Source: Saccharolobus islandicus REY15A
GTDB taxonomy: Archaea > Thermoproteota > Thermoprotei_A > Sulfolobales > Sulfolobaceae
DNA length: 64,000 bases
Assembly: GCF_000189555.1 (NCBI RefSeq)
Contig: NC_017276.1
Strand: one strand, 5' to 3'
In this document: in pieces, positions 20,372-31,881 of the stretch
Layout: each line of letters starts with the position of its first letter
Numbering within the stretch: the first letter of the stretch is position 1
Notes under the pieces: model-generated
Told to the model about the DNA's origin: nothing
The model's input: the letters and a program-made list of their open reading frames with translations, nothing else
The model's database searches: none
Made by a program: the position numbers and the translations under genes

Positions 20372-20624
20372 ACTGTTTAATTATGAGAACGGGAAGGTAT
20401 TTATTTTTTTCCTTTAGTAACCAGCTTCTCAACATTTTTAAGATCGTAGTTAATCTGAGCCTTTCTCAGAGAGTTTTAAAAACACATTATAATTTTTCTC
20501 TTGTTCTTCCATCTTACTAAGTTGCAGTAAACTGAATTAAAATATATTAGAGGAATTTTTAGTCAATATAAGTTTTTATATCCATGAAGATAAAGAAGAA
20601 CAAAAATGGAAGCTAGCCTACAGG

Positions 20625-20697
20625 TAGCCGGGCAGGGATTCGAACCCTGGTCCCAGGGGCCAAAGCCCTGGATCCTTGACCACTAGACTACCCGGCT
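20625..20697 (-). tRNA. tRNA-Gln(TTG), no intron, CCA not encoded
   Basis: A1-U72 pair typical of archaeal tRNA-Gln; arm CAGGG-CT-TTG-GC-CCCTG; T-loop GGTTCGAAT. Confidence 0.97.
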
Positions 20698-20790
20698 AAT
20701 TCTATACTACTCCAACTTATCATTTAAGCTTAACGCTTAATTTATACTGATCTCTCCCATTTTTAGATAAGTAAGGAGAGACATGGGGGG

Positions 20791-20826
20791 AAAGATTTAT
20801 AAGGAAAGAAATAGAAAAGTTTAAAA
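20791..20826 (+). promoter_or_regulatory. Two tandem BRE/TATA-like elements upstream of tfb
   Basis: AAAGATTTATAA (20791-20802) and GAAAAGTTTAAAA (20814-20826). Confidence 0.45.
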
Positions 20827-20857
20827 GGTTTACTATTCGTGGCTGTATATAATTGGG

Positions 20858-21787
20858 GTGTTGTATTTGTCTGAAGAAAATAAACCTGTATCTACTCCTT
20901 GCCCTCCCGATAAAATTATATTCGATGCGGAGAGGGGTGAATATATTTGCTCTGAAACTGGAGAAGTTTTAGAAGATAAAATTATAGATCAAGGACCAGA
21001 ATGGAGGGCATTTACTCCAGAAGAGAAAGAAAAGAGAAGCAGAGTTGGAGGGCCTTTAAATAATACTATTCACGATAGGGGCTTATCCACTCTTATAGAC
21101 TGGAAAGATAAGGACGCAATGGGAAGAACCTTAGACCCTAAGAGAAGACTTGAAGCATTAAGATGGAGAAAATGGCAGATAAGGGCTAGAATACAAAGTT
21201 CTATAGACAGGAACTTAGCACAAGCTATGAATGAATTAGAAAGAATTGGGAACTTGCTGAACTTGCCAAAATCAGTTAAGGATGAGGCTGCACTAATCTA
21301 CAGAAAAGCAGTAGAGAAAGGGTTAGTAAGAGGAAGGAGTATAGAAAGCGTTGTAGCAGCTGCAATATACGCAGCATGTAGAAGGATGAAGTTAGCTAGA
21401 ACTTTGGATGAGATAGCACAATATACTAAGGCTAATAGGAAGGAAGTAGCTAGATGCTATAGACTATTACTTAGAGAGTTAGATGTCAGTGTGCCAGTAA
21501 GCGATCCAAAGGATTACGTAACTAGAATAGCTAACTTGTTAGGCCTAAGTGGAGCCGTTATGAAAACAGCTGCCGAAATTATAGACAAGGCGAAGGGTTC
21601 TGGTTTAACTGCTGGTAAGGATCCAGCTGGCTTAGCAGCAGCTGCGATTTATATAGCGTCATTATTACACGATGAAAGAAGAACACAAAAAGAAATAGCG
21701 CAAGTTGCAGGCGTTACTGAAGTTACTGTGAGAAATAGGTATAAAGAACTGACACAAGAACTAAAAATTTCAATACCTACTCAATAA
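20858..21787 (+). CDS. tfb1: Transcription initiation factor IIB (TFB1)
   Basis: PEWRAF B-reader, two cyclin repeats, degenerate Zn ribbon with two Cys. Confidence 0.96.
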   Translation: MLYLSEENKPVSTPCPPDKIIFDAERGEYICSETGEVLEDKIIDQGPEWRAFTPEEKEKRSRVGGPLNNTIHDRGLSTLIDWKDKDAMGRTLDPKRRLEALRWRKWQIRARIQSSIDRNLAQAMNELERIGNLLNLPKSVKDEAALIYRKAVEKGLVRGRSIESVVAAAIYAACRRMKLARTLDEIAQYTKANRKEVARCYRLLLRELDVSVPVSDPKDYVTRIANLLGLSGAVMKTAAEIIDKAKGSGLTAGKDPAGLAAAAIYIASLLHDERRTQKEIAQVAGVTEVTVRNRYKELTQELKISIPTQ

Positions 21788-22079
21788 CTAGAATGTTAGA
21801 TTCCGCATATCCCATTTTTATTAAGATTTCCCTAACTTTTTCTTTATGATCTCCTTGAATTAGTATTTTACCATCTTTTACTGTACCTCCTGCTGCTAAC
21901 TTGGATTTAAGTTCAGAAGCTATTTTTTTAAGTTCAGAATCATTACCTCCTAATCCTTCTATTATTGTGACTTCCTTTCCATATCTTCTTTTTTCAACTT
22001 TTATTTTAATAAATTGTTCTTCCTTTGAAAGTTGTTCGCATATGTCTGGTGGAAGACCACCACACAGATTTTCTGCCAT
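21777..22079 (-). CDS. Translation initiation factor aIF1 (SUI1)
   Basis: [26 protein letters not shown] motifs. Confidence 0.95.
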   Translation of the reverse strand: MAENLCGGLPPDICEQLSKEEQFIKIKVEKRRYGKEVTIIEGLGGNDSELKKIASELKSKLAAGGTVKDGKILIQGDHKEKVREILIKMGYAESNILVIE

Positions 22080-22174
22080 TCTCAGAAATTATCTTTATAT
22101 ACACTCCCCTTTTAATCTTTCTATCGTTTTTTGTCAGATAAGCTTATAAATGTTACCGTTAAGTAAATGTTGCT

Positions 22175-22321
22175 ATGGCGGTCTATAGATGTGGTAAATG
22201 CTGGAAGACGTTTACAGATGAACAATTAAAAGTATTACCAGGTGTTAGATGCCCATATTGTGGTTATAAAATAATATTTATGGTTAGAAAACCTACTATA
22301 AAAATAGTTAAAGCGATCTAG
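22175..22321 (+). CDS. rpo12: RNA polymerase subunit Rpo12 (RpoP), 48 aa, not in the ORF track
   Basis: [13 protein letters not shown]...[17 protein letters not shown] Zn ribbon. Confidence 0.95.
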
Positions 22322-23201
22322 ACTTATAAACCGTTGCAGCGATTTCCAGAATTATTCTAGAAGCTAGTACACTAGTTATACCTGAAGTGTCATAAGAAGG
22401 AGAAACTTCCACAACATCAAATCCTATAACTCTTTTATCTGCAATTAAGTTAATTATATCCAATAAAGTAGATGGGTCTAATCCATCTGGCTCTGGTGTT
22501 GCAACACCTGGTGCGTAAGCTGGATCTATCCCATCCATATCAACTGAGATATAGAGCGATTTACATTCTTGTATTGAGGTAATTATTCTTCTTGAAGTCT
22601 CCTTAACCCCTAAAAGTCTAACTTGCTGAGGTGTAAAAAATGCTATCCCCTTTTGTCTAGCGTATTCTATTTCCTCCTTACTAACTGCCCTAGTCCCCAC
22701 TTCAATAATTTTGACGCCATATTCAGATATCCTCCTCATAACACAAGCGTGATCGTATCTATATCCCATGTATTCATCTCTTAAATCTAAATGTGCATCA
22801 AAACTGACTAAACATAATCCTTCCCTTTTCATTCCTTTTATCACTCCCGCAGTTATCGTGTGCTCCCCACCTATGGAAATAGTAATTTTCCCGTTTTCGT
22901 GGAAATAATTTATCACACTTGATATCCTACTTATGTTCTCCTCAACGTTTGAAGGGTGTAGAATTATATCACCTACATCATTGAAACCTATTTCGCCCAT
23001 ATCCACATCATTCCTTATTGAATAAAATTCAATATATTGAGCTGATTCTCTTATTGAAGATGGAGCAAATCTACTTCCTGGCCTATAGCTACTTGTAATG
23101 TCCATGGGTATTCCAATTATTACAAAGGGTGATCTTTCCTTGTTAAATCCAGCAAATTTCCTACTATTCTCATTTAAATAAAGTAATCTTCCGTCGCTCA
23201 C
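22308..23201 (-). CDS. speB: Agmatinase
   Basis: GGEHTI, DAHLD, DMDGIDP motifs. Confidence 0.92.
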
Positions 23202-23253
23202 TCGCTAATTTTGGTCATAGAACTTTATAAACTTGTTGTAATGTTAGAGAGTT

Positions 23254-24978
23254 GTGAGTGAAGTAATAGATAAAGTGTTGGACTTAGCTAAAAGAAGAGG
23301 AATATTTTGGTCATCGTATGAAATTTATGGAGGAATAGCGGGATTTTACGATATAGGACCTATAGGTGTAAAGATTAAAAATAGAATAGTAGAGTTATGG
23401 CGAAAATATTTCGTGAAGGATAACAGTGACTTTGTAGTAGAAATAGAAAGTCCAATGATAGGCCCTGCTAAAGTATTTGAAGCCAGTGGTCATGTGGAAA
23501 GTTTTACAGACCCTATCGTTGAGTGTAATAATTGTAAAAGAATATATAGGGCTGATCATTTAATCGAAGACGTATTAAAGAGAAGCGTAGAGGGTCTTAA
23601 GCCAGAGGAACTAACTAGAATAATAAGGGAAAACAATATTAGATGTCAATATTGTGGGGGAGAGTTAGGAGAAGTAAGATTATTCAATTTACTTTTCACA
23701 ACCAACATAGGTCCTTATACTGGTAATTTAGGTTACATTAGACCAGAGACAGCTCAAGGAATGTTTACTGCATTTAAACGTGTATATGAGGCTACTAGAC
23801 AAAGACTACCTATTGGAATAGCTCAAGTAGGGAGAGTGGGTAGAAATGAGATCTCACCTAGACAAGGGTTAATAAGAATGAGGGAGTTCACCATAATGGA
23901 GGTAGAGTTTTTCATAGACCCAGAGGATAATAATATTGAAAACATACCATTACATAGATTTAAGGAGACTAAGCTCAATATTTTGACTGCGAGTGAAAAG
24001 GAAAAAGATGGTAAACCACAAGAGTTTAATTTAGAAGAGAGTGTAAGAGAGAAGATTATTATCCAACCTTGGATGGCATATTGGATGGCTGTAGCATCGA
24101 GTTTTGTCAAAGCGCTAGGCATTAACGAATTTTATTTTGAAGAGAAGTTACCTTACGAAAGAGCACATTATTCTAAACAGACTTTCGACCAAATTGCTGT
24201 AATTAATGGTATGAAGGTTGAGATTTCTGGGCACGCATATAGAGGAGATTACGATTTATCAAGGCACATGAAATATAGCGGACAAGATTTGACTATTTTT
24301 AGAAAATATAAAGAACCTAAAACGATTAAAAAGAAGAATGTCATAGTAAATAATACGAAATTAAAGGATAAGGAACTAAGAAAAAAGGTTATGGAGCTAT
24401 TAAATGGGAAATCCGCTGAGGAAATTGAGCAAATGATTAGGAACAATGTGACGATAGATGGCAAACCTTTAGGTGAATTCATAAGCATTGTTGAGAGAGA
24501 AGAGAAGGTTCACGGTGAGCACTTTATACCGCATGTTGTAGAGCCATCATTTGGCGTTGAAAGGACGTTATTCCTAACTATACTGAGCGCATATAGGGAA
24601 AAAGAGGGTAGAGTTTTGCTATCCTTGCCTAGACATCTAGCGCCTTACGATATTGCAGTTTTCCCACTTCTGGAGAGGGAAGAACTAATTAGGAAGTCAA
24701 TGGAAATACGAGAAAATCTTTCCGAAAAATACGAAGTACTATACGATGATTCTGGAAGCATTGGAAGAAGGTATGCTAGAGCTGATGAGATTGGCATACC
24801 TTTTGCTATTACTGTTGATCCTCAGACATTACTAGATAACAGCGTAACAATAAGGGATAGAGATAGTTGGAAGCAAGTTAGAGTTAAAATAGATGACCTT
24901 AAGATTTCATTGGAAAAGTTATTTAGAGGAGAAGTCTTTAATAAGATTGGAATTGAGGTGAATGATAGTAATGAGTAA
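23254..24978 (+). CDS. glyS: Glycine-tRNA ligase (homodimeric type)
   Basis: [28 protein letters not shown] motifs. Confidence 0.96.
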   Translation: MSEVIDKVLDLAKRRGIFWSSYEIYGGIAGFYDIGPIGVKIKNRIVELWRKYFVKDNSDFVVEIESPMIGPAKVFEASGHVESFTDPIVECNNCKRIYRADHLIEDVLKRSVEGLKPEELTRIIRENNIRCQYCGGELGEVRLFNLLFTTNIGPYTGNLGYIRPETAQGMFTAFKRVYEATRQRLPIGIAQVGRVGRNEISPRQGLIRMREFTIMEVEFFIDPEDNNIENIPLHRFKETKLNILTASEKEKDGKPQEFNLEESVREKIIIQPWMAYWMAVASSFVKALGINEFYFEEKLPYERAHYSKQTFDQIAVINGMKVEISGHAYRGDYDLSRHMKYSGQDLTIFRKYKEPKTIKKKNVIVNNTKLKDKELRKKVMELLNGKSAEEIEQMIRNNVTIDGKPLGEFISIVEREEKVHGEHFIPHVVEPSFGVERTLFLTILSAYREKEGRVLLSLPRHLAPYDIAVFPLLEREELIRKSMEIRENLSEKYEVLYDDSGSIGRRYARADEIGIPFAITVDPQTLLDNSVTIRDRDSWKQVRVKIDDLKISLEKLFRGEVFNKIGIEVNDSNE

Positions 24979-25327
24979 TAATGAGAATGAAAAAGAAGAA
25001 GAGAAAAAGGTTGATATAAAAACTCTTGTTAGTGTTATACCTCCAGCCTCAGCATTAAAGGGAAGTAAAGCTCCACCGAAAGAGAAAAGAGTCAAGATCA
25101 GAAAAAGAAATGATGTTGATAAGGGGTTTGCAATAATTTCATCTAAACTAGCTAAAGATCTAGGGATTACTAATGACGTTGAAATATCAGTTAAAGGGAA
25201 AAGAATCAAGTTAAAGGCCATATTGCAAGAGGAGATACTTGAATTAGAGGTCTGGGCTAATCCCCAAGATCTGGTTACACTAGGTATAGAGGATAATAGT
25301 ACGGTAACTGTGAGGGCTTCTAAATGA
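24962..25327 (+). CDS. Hypothetical protein, probable stand-alone double-psi beta-barrel
   Basis: Pattern resembles the Cdc48 N-domain of this window; start may be ATG at 24971. Confidence 0.6.
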   Translation: MIVMSNNENEKEEEKKVDIKTLVSVIPPASALKGSKAPPKEKRVKIRKRNDVDKGFAIISSKLAKDLGITNDVEISVKGKRIKLKAILQEEILELEVWANPQDLVTLGIEDNSTVTVRASK

Positions 25328-25728
25328 ATGAGAGCGATATGGCAATAAGTAGAGTATTATTTGATTTTGAAACGATAATAAATGATCACACTGAGTACTT
25401 GAACGAGCTAGAGAATTTGGTGACTTTCCCAGAACCCGACATAGGAAAAGCCACTAGACTGGTTAGAAGAATGAGAAGAGTTAGAAAAGAACTCTTCCAA
25501 GGATTAGAAGTTATAATCCAAAATATAGATAAAACAAGTGATACCAAGATTAAAGAGGAGGCACTTGGTTTAGTTAATTATTTGGTAATAGTGGGATTAA
25601 AGGATGAAAAAGAGCTTCTAAATAGCCTAAATAATTATTTGAAAGATAAGGGAGTAAATATGGAAATAGATAAGGATTTGGAACAAATAGACAAGATTAT
25701 GAATAGTATGTCACATCTTAATTTTTAA
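25324..25728 (+). CDS. Hypothetical helical protein
   Basis: 4-nt overlap coupling with the upstream ORF. Confidence 0.65.
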   Translation: MNESDMAISRVLFDFETIINDHTEYLNELENLVTFPEPDIGKATRLVRRMRRVRKELFQGLEVIIQNIDKTSDTKIKEEALGLVNYLVIVGLKDEKELLNSLNNYLKDKGVNMEIDKDLEQIDKIMNSMSHLNF

Positions 25729-25753
25729 ACTTTAATGACTGTTTTAAATCACA

Positions 25754-26395
25754 ATGAGCGAAGGAATTGCTACACTTGCAATAGAGGAACAATTACAACA
25801 AATATCATTAAAATTGTTAGATGAAACTAGAGTTTTGTATGAGTTCTTATCTAATAATAATAATGTAAATGCTATGCAAATTTATTCCAAAGTAAACGGA
25901 ATAAAAAACGATATAGAGGTTAGTAAATACAGACTTGGCGAGTACATTTTCAAAATTAGAGAAGGATTATTAGATAAGGACTTGTACATAGAAATATTGA
26001 ATAATTTAGAGAAGGTTGCACAAAACTTAGACGCCGCAACATATAGGCTAAGTGTTATGCTATCTAAGCAAATGAATATCGATGACGTAATAAATAGATT
26101 ACTTATAGTTATCTGCGAAAAGATAATTACATCGATTACCTACTTCATAGAGGCGTTAAGGTTATTATCTATCAATCCGAAGAATTCCTATGAAAATGCT
26201 CGTAACGTAATAAAACTGGAACAAGAAATAGATGAACTATATAGGAGTCTAGAATTAACACTGTTCGAAAGGAAACTTGTTGACTTCTCCTACATAATGT
26301 TACTAAAAGATATAGCTGATAGATTGGAAGATAGTGAAGATCTGCTTAAGAGTTCTGCTGACAATATAACCTATATCGCATATGAGAGGATGTAG
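25754..26395 (+). CDS. DUF47/PhoU-like phosphate transport regulator
   Basis: [12 protein letters not shown] and [11 protein letters not shown] repeats. Confidence 0.75.
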   Translation: MSEGIATLAIEEQLQQISLKLLDETRVLYEFLSNNNNVNAMQIYSKVNGIKNDIEVSKYRLGEYIFKIREGLLDKDLYIEILNNLEKVAQNLDAATYRLSVMLSKQMNIDDVINRLLIVICEKIITSITYFIEALRLLSINPKNSYENARNVIKLEQEIDELYRSLELTLFERKLVDFSYIMLLKDIADRLEDSEDLLKSSADNITYIAYERM

Positions 26396-26944
26396 ATGGT
26401 AAAAGCCTTATTGGTGGGATCTAAGGTATTAATCCCAAATGTAGATGAATCAAGATACATTTATTCAAACGGTTTCTATGGAAAGGCAATAGGAATTTCT
26501 AAGCCGAAGGGCCCTAAAGATATAATTAGACCTTTAGAATTATCATTAATTGAAAGCGTCTATCTAGCCAAAAAGGGTTTAATTAAAGTTATCGATAAAA
26601 ATGGTGAAGTTCTTGAATATGAGAAATTATATGAATATAGTTCTAAAATAATAAATAAATTTGATATCATGTACAGAGTTTACGAAGACCTGAGGGAAAA
26701 AGGATTCATAGTTAGATCTGGAGTAAAGTATGGAGCAGATTTTGCAGTATACACGTTAGGACCTGGATTAGAACATGCACCTTATGTGGTTATTGCAGTG
26801 GATATTGACGAAGAAATTACTCCTCATGAGTTATTGAGTTTTGGGAGAGTCTCCCACAGCACAAGGAAAAGATTAGTATTGGCTCTAGTAGATCGCAAAA
26901 GTGAAAGTGTGAGATACATAATGTTTAAATGGGTCAAAATGTAA
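26396..26944 (+). CDS. endA: tRNA-splicing endonuclease, catalytic subunit
   Basis: SGVKYGADF (Tyr), HAPY (His), STRK (Lys) catalytic triad; crenarchaeal-specific loop GIS.PK. Confidence 0.93.
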   Translation: MVKALLVGSKVLIPNVDESRYIYSNGFYGKAIGISKPKGPKDIIRPLELSLIESVYLAKKGLIKVIDKNGEVLEYEKLYEYSSKIINKFDIMYRVYEDLREKGFIVRSGVKYGADFAVYTLGPGLEHAPYVVIAVDIDEEITPHELLSFGRVSHSTRKRLVLALVDRKSESVRYIMFKWVKM

Positions 26945-26984
26945 GTTTAATATGATTGTCTAAAAGTTTGGGGGTTTAAGTAAT

Positions 26985-27374
26985 TTGAAGAACGGAAATA
27001 GAGGCTTTGAAAGACAGCCCTCCTTTAGTGATGAACAGAAGCCAATGCCTTTAGGAGATAAGTGTAATTACTTGTGCCCATATTTCAGATGTAATAAGAG
27101 AGCATTACTAATACAGGTAAAATATACTAAAGGCAATCCATACAAAGTGGGCTATTGCAGATGGGTGGGGGATGTATGTATAACTGGTGAATGCCAATAC
27201 GCTTATTGTGAGAAGAGAGCATTACTGCCTGGTAATAAATGTGCATTTGCCATAAATAAGAAGAATGAGAGGGATAATGAGATTGAAAAAGAACTTGAAA
27301 AGGAAGATTACGATGACAAAATGAAGGAGATAATATCAAAGAAATTTGGCAAAAAAGGATTAGATGTACTATAA
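26985..27374 (+). CDS. Cys-rich hypothetical protein
   Basis: Eight Cys with an internal repeat. Confidence 0.65.
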   Translation: MKNGNRGFERQPSFSDEQKPMPLGDKCNYLCPYFRCNKRALLIQVKYTKGNPYKVGYCRWVGDVCITGECQYAYCEKRALLPGNKCAFAINKKNERDNEIEKELEKEDYDDKMKEIISKKFGKKGLDVL

Positions 27375-27414
27375 GATATTTTATTGATAAGATAAAAATT
27401 ACATTTATTTTATC

Positions 27415-28044
27415 TTATCCTTTCCATCTCTTATATATATCATGCTTTATTCCCAACAAATCTAAGGCTTTACCAACCACGAAGTTAACCATTTCATCAA
27501 TGGTTTTTGGTAAGATGTAAAAAGCAGGAGAGGCTGGCATTATGAGAACACCTAATCTAGCTAGCTTTAGGGCATTTTCGAGTTCTATGGCGCCTAATGG
27601 GGTTTCTCTAATTACCAAAACTAACTTCTTGTTTGTTCTGATGAAATTTAATGCAGTTCTGGATAGAAGATTCGATCCAATTCCATTTGCAATTTCTGCA
27701 AGTGTTTTAATACTACATGGAATAATAATCATACTTTCTGACGTTATTGAAAAACTTGAACTAGAAGGTGCAGCTTCGATCTGGGATTGGATATATATAT
27801 TAGAGGAATACTTCTTTAACTCTTCAATTAAATTTATACCTAGCTCCTTTTGCGCTACTTTCTCTGCACTCTTAGAAATTATAATATGCGTCTCGTAACC
27901 GAGTTCATTTAGAAACTGGACAGTCCTAATACCATATATTGTTCCACTTGCGCCACTTATTCCTATAATAACCCTCTTTGCTTTTTCCCTCCCGCTCTTT
28001 GTTCCTGCTTCCTTAGCCAATCCGCCAACCATTGTTGATAACAC
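27415..28044 (-). CDS. ubiX: UbiX flavin prenyltransferase
   Basis: [33 protein letters not shown] motifs. Confidence 0.92.
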   Translation of the reverse strand: MLSTMVGGLAKEAGTKSGREKAKRVIIGISGASGTIYGIRTVQFLNELGYETHIIISKSAEKVAQKELGINLIEELKKYSSNIYIQSQIEAAPSSSSFSITSESMIIIPCSIKTLAEIANGIGSNLLSRTALNFIRTNKKLVLVIRETPLGAIELENALKLARLGVLIMPASPAFYILPKTIDEMVNFVVGKALDLLGIKHDIYKRWKG

Positions 28045-28181
28045 CTATTACTACAAAAAACCCACGGTTTATTATTACAACATGTTTTAACTACTATTGG
28101 ATTTTCTTTTATGATAGTGCCGCACCAACTGCATTTCAACGTAACCGTATTAGTATTTAATTGTAACGGCATATCTATCAA
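27963..28181 (-). CDS. Small TRASH/YHS-like metal-binding protein
   Basis: CSWCG...TCC...FCSNRC. Confidence 0.6.
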   Translation of the reverse strand: MIDMPLQLNTNTVTLKCSWCGTIIKENPIVVKTCCNNKPWVFCSNRCYQQWLADWLRKQEQRAGGKKQRGLL

Positions 28182-28219
28182 TCGTAGTTGCTATAAAAAA
28201 ACCTTGTCCACGTTCATGA

Positions 28220-28249
28220 TTATAAAAGTTAATTTATAAGTGAGTTATA
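28220..28249. promoter_or_regulatory. Overlapping inverted repeats in the divergent thi4 promoter
   Basis: TTATAAA-N6-TTTATAA (28220-28239) and TATAA-N5-TTATA (28235-28249). Confidence 0.35.
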
Positions 28250-28261
28250 TCAGTTTAGATT

Positions 28262-29065
28262 ATGGAAGTTAAAATTAAGCAAGTAGATGAAGTTAAGATA
28301 AGTAGATACATAATTAAGGAAACAATGGAAGATTGGTACCAATTTGTAGAATCTGATGTGGTAATTGTAGGAGCTGGGCCATCTGGATTGTCAGCAGCCT
28401 ATTACTTAGCTAAAGCTGGATTAAAGACACTAGTATTTGAGAGGAGGTTAAGTTTTGGTGGAGGAATCGGCGGAGGGGCAATGTTGTTCCACAAATTGAT
28501 AATAGAAAAACCCGCAGACGAAATCCTAAGAGAAGTTAATGTAAGGTTGAAGGAAGTAGAAGAAGGAGTCTATGTTGTGGATTCAGCTGAATTCATGGCT
28601 AAATTAGCAACTGCTGCAATTGACGCAGGAGCTAAAATAATTCATGGAGTAACAGTGGATGATGTGATATTTAGAGAGAATCCTTTACGAGTAGCTGGAG
28701 TGGCAGTGGAGTGGACAGCAACACAAATGGCAAGCCTTCATGTAGATCCAATATTTATTTCAGCTAAGGCTGTAGTTGACGCAACTGGTCATGATGCTGA
28801 AGTGATTTCTGTCGCAGCGAGAAAAATACCAGAATTAGGAATAGTTATACCCGGTGAAAAATCAGCATATAGTGAAAGAGCCGAGGAATTAACAGTGATT
28901 AACACCGGAAAGGTAGCTGAAGGTCTTTACGCAGCGGGTATGGCGGTTACTGAGGTTAAGGGATTACCTAGAATGGGACCAATATTTGGAGCTATGGTAC
29001 TTTCTGGTAAAGCGGTTGCGGAGGAGATCACTAAGGATCTGCTAAAAAGTGAAATAAGAACTTAG
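28262..29065 (+). CDS. thi4: Thiazole synthase Thi4, sulfide-dependent type
   Basis: GAGPSG, GGGIGGG, HVDP (His at the yeast Cys205 position), [10 protein letters not shown]. Confidence 0.95.
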   Translation: MEVKIKQVDEVKISRYIIKETMEDWYQFVESDVVIVGAGPSGLSAAYYLAKAGLKTLVFERRLSFGGGIGGGAMLFHKLIIEKPADEILREVNVRLKEVEEGVYVVDSAEFMAKLATAAIDAGAKIIHGVTVDDVIFRENPLRVAGVAVEWTATQMASLHVDPIFISAKAVVDATGHDAEVISVAARKIPELGIVIPGEKSAYSERAEELTVINTGKVAEGLYAAGMAVTEVKGLPRMGPIFGAMVLSGKAVAEEITKDLLKSEIRT

Positions 29066-29131
29066 CGTAGCGATAACATTTAAAACAGTAAACCTTAAAT
29101 TGATACGTATTTTTAAAAATGGTGAAATAGA

Positions 29132-29494
29132 ATGGAGTCTCAAGCTAAAGTGAAGATCTCAGATAAGGCAGAAGGAATTATAGAAAGGGATGTACAAAAT
29201 GCTGTAATAGGAAGACGTGAAATCTCATTAAAAGTTTATCACATGGGTAGTGGAACCCCATCGAGAAAAGACATAATAAAGGCAATAATTCAAGCTTTTG
29301 CTTCCCAAGAGAACCTAGTAGTAGTTAGAAAAATATCTACAAGCTATGGAGCTGGTATAAGCAACGTAAAATTGCATATTTATAAATCCCGTGAGATATT
29401 AGAGAAAATCGAGCCAAAATATTTATTAGATAGAGATGCTGGAACTAAACAAAAGAAAGGAGGAAGCAAAGGTGGCCAAGGAGCAAAAGGTTAA
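29132..29494 (+). CDS. rps24e: Ribosomal protein eS24
   Basis: N.VIGRREI, GTPSR motifs. Confidence 0.93.
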   Translation: MESQAKVKISDKAEGIIERDVQNAVIGRREISLKVYHMGSGTPSRKDIIKAIIQAFASQENLVVVRKISTSYGAGISNVKLHIYKSREILEKIEPKYLLDRDAGTKQKKGGSKGGQGAKG

Positions 29495-29663
29495 AGCAAT
29501 AGTAAGAACTTATTACGTAATTGAAGGGAATAAGGTTAAGCTAAAAAATAAGAAATGTCCTAGATGCGGAAGTATAATGGCTCACCACTTAAAACCAAAT
29601 GAAAGATGGTCTTGTGGAAAATGTGGTTACACTGAGTTTATAGGCACTTCAAAGAAAAGATAA
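29472..29663 (+). CDS. rps27ae: Ribosomal protein eS31 (S27ae)
   Basis: CPRCG...MAHH...[11 protein letters not shown]; GTG start at 29472. Confidence 0.93.
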   Translation: MAKEQKVKAIVRTYYVIEGNKVKLKNKKCPRCGSIMAHHLKPNERWSCGKCGYTEFIGTSKKR

Positions 29664-29666
29664 AAT

Positions 29667-30662
29667 ATGTTAGTACTGGGTATCGAATCTACCGCCCATA
29701 CTTTCGGAGTAGGAATAGCAAAAGATCAACCACCCTACATATTGGCAAACGAAAGGGATACTTTTGTTCCCAAAGAGGGTGGTATGAAGCCTGGAGATCT
29801 ACTAAAACACCATGCTGAAGTCTCAGGGACAATACTGAGAAGAGCCCTAGAGAAAGCTAATATTAGTATAAATGATATTAATTATATAGCAGTAGCTTTA
29901 GGACCTGGTATAGGACCAGCATTAAGAGTTGGTGCTACACTAGCGAGAGCGTTATCGCTAAAGTATAATAAGAAATTAGTTCCAGTGAATCACGGTATAG
30001 GACATATTGAAATAGGGTATTTAACAACTGAGGCCAAAGACCCTTTAATCTTATACCTCTCAGGCGGAAATACAATCATAACTACCTTCTATAAAGGGAG
30101 GTTTAGAATTTTTGGAGAAACATTAGATATTGCATTAGGAAACATGATGGATGTATTTGTAAGAGAGGTGAACTTGGCACCACCATACATTATTAACGGA
30201 AAACACGCAATTGATATTTGCTCAGAAAAAGGAAGCAAATTACTTAAATTACCTTACGTTGTTAAGGGTCAAGATATGTCATTTTCTGGATTACTTACAG
30301 CAGCGTTAAGGTTAGTCGGAAAGGAAAAGTTAGAAGATATTTGTTACTCGATAAGGGAAATAGCATTTGATATGTTATTGGAAGCTACAGAAAGGGCACT
30401 GGCACTTACCTCAAAAAAGGAGTTAATGATAGTTGGAGGAGTAGCAGCTAGTGTAAGTTTGAGAAAAAAGTTGGAAGAGTTGGGAAAAGAGTGGGACGTA
30501 CAAATTAAAATAGTACCGCCAGAATTTGCGGGAGATAATGGGGCGATGATAGCTTATGCTGGTATGTTGGCTGCATCAAAAGGTGTATTTATTGATGTTG
30601 ATAAATCATACATAAGACCTAGATGGAGAGTAGACGAGGTAGATATTCCTTGGAGAAATTAA
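29667..30662 (+). CDS. kae1: KEOPS subunit Kae1 (t6A synthesis)
   Basis: [22 protein letters not shown] motifs. Confidence 0.96.
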
Positions 30663-31321
30663 GGTTAATTAAGCGTGGTGCAGAATCCAACATATATGAA
30701 GGATATTTTTTGGGTATTCGTGCAATATTTAAACAAAGAATTAAGAAAAGTTATAGAAATCCAGAACTAGATCATAAAATCAACTATGAAAGGACAATAT
30801 TAGAGGCTAAGATAATTTATACTGCGCTTAAAAACGATGTGAATGTACCTGCAGTGCTTTTTATAGATCCTAATAATTATTTATTGGTAATTGAATATAT
30901 AGAAGGGGAGATAGTTAAGGATCTAATAAACACAAATAATTCTGTCCAACCATTATCTAAAATAGGAGAAAGAATAGGGGAACTTACGGGAAAGTTACAT
31001 AGTATAGGGATAGCTCACGGTGATCTAACAACTAACAATCTCATCCTAAGTTCTATAAATAACGATATCTTTATAATAGATTTTGGTTTATCAAGGAGAA
31101 CTCAAGATGAAGAGGATCTTGCAACGGATTTTCATATATTTCTAAGATCTTTAGAAAGTATACATTCTGACTTTAAGGATATTATCTACAATTCATTTGT
31201 GGAGGGTTACAGAACAATCATGGGTGGAAAGACTGACGAAATATTAGAGCTAGTAAAGGATATTAGGATGAGGGGAAGATATGTTGAGGAGAGACGTAAG
31301 AATAGGAGTGGTAACGAGTAA
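30623..31321 (+). CDS. bud32: KEOPS kinase Bud32 (start probably slightly downstream)
   Basis: [17 protein letters not shown] motifs. Confidence 0.94.
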
Positions 31322-31859
31322 TGAGAATAAGTTTATAGAATTAAAAGAACTTGCTAAGAGCTTTAATATAGAGTTAGAACAGCTTAAAGGAGAGAAAATA
31401 GAAATACAAAGTGATAATTTAGAGGAAATATCTAAAACAGCTGCATATTTAGCGTATTTGACCTTCAGAAGACCATTAATAGTAGATGATAGCGGGTTAT
31501 TTATAGAAACCTTACAGAATTTTCCTGGTCCCTACACAAATTTTGTTAAGAACACAATTGGACTTAAAGGTATACTAAAATTGCTCGAAGACCTAAAAGA
31601 TAGGTCAGCGTATTTCATGACTGTATTGACGTTTACTGACGGAAAAATAATTAAAACATTTAATGGTATCGTAAAGGGAGTTATTTCTGAAGAGATTAGG
31701 GGTAATTCAGGTTTTGGATTTGACCCCATATTTATCCCAGAAGGAGAAAAGAGAACTTTCGCGGAGATGTCATTGGAGGAGAAGAATAAATACTCACATA
31801 GGGCAAGAGCGTTTGCTAAATTTGCTGATTTCTTAATGAGCTATCTTGAAAAAGCATAA
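31281..31859 (+). CDS. XTP/dITP pyrophosphatase (HAM1/RdgB)
   Basis: VDDSGL, FPGPY, GFGFDPIF, SHR motifs. Confidence 0.94.
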   Translation: MLRRDVRIGVVTSNENKFIELKELAKSFNIELEQLKGEKIEIQSDNLEEISKTAAYLAYLTFRRPLIVDDSGLFIETLQNFPGPYTNFVKNTIGLKGILKLLEDLKDRSAYFMTVLTFTDGKIIKTFNGIVKGVISEEIRGNSGFGFDPIFIPEGEKRTFAEMSLEEKNKYSHRARAFAKFADFLMSYLEKA

Positions 31860-31881
31860 AATAAGTAGTTCTTGAAATAAA

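Noticed and set aside
20372-20624. Possible degraded ORF or mobile remnant between the two tRNAs
   Set aside because: Only ~20-codon fragments; no terminal repeats, att duplication or integrase; explained by a T-rich terminator and a promoter
20747-20781. TCTCTCC...GGAGAGA inverted repeat between tRNA-Gln and tfb
   Set aside because: Short stem with a long loop; no recognisable RNA or operator context
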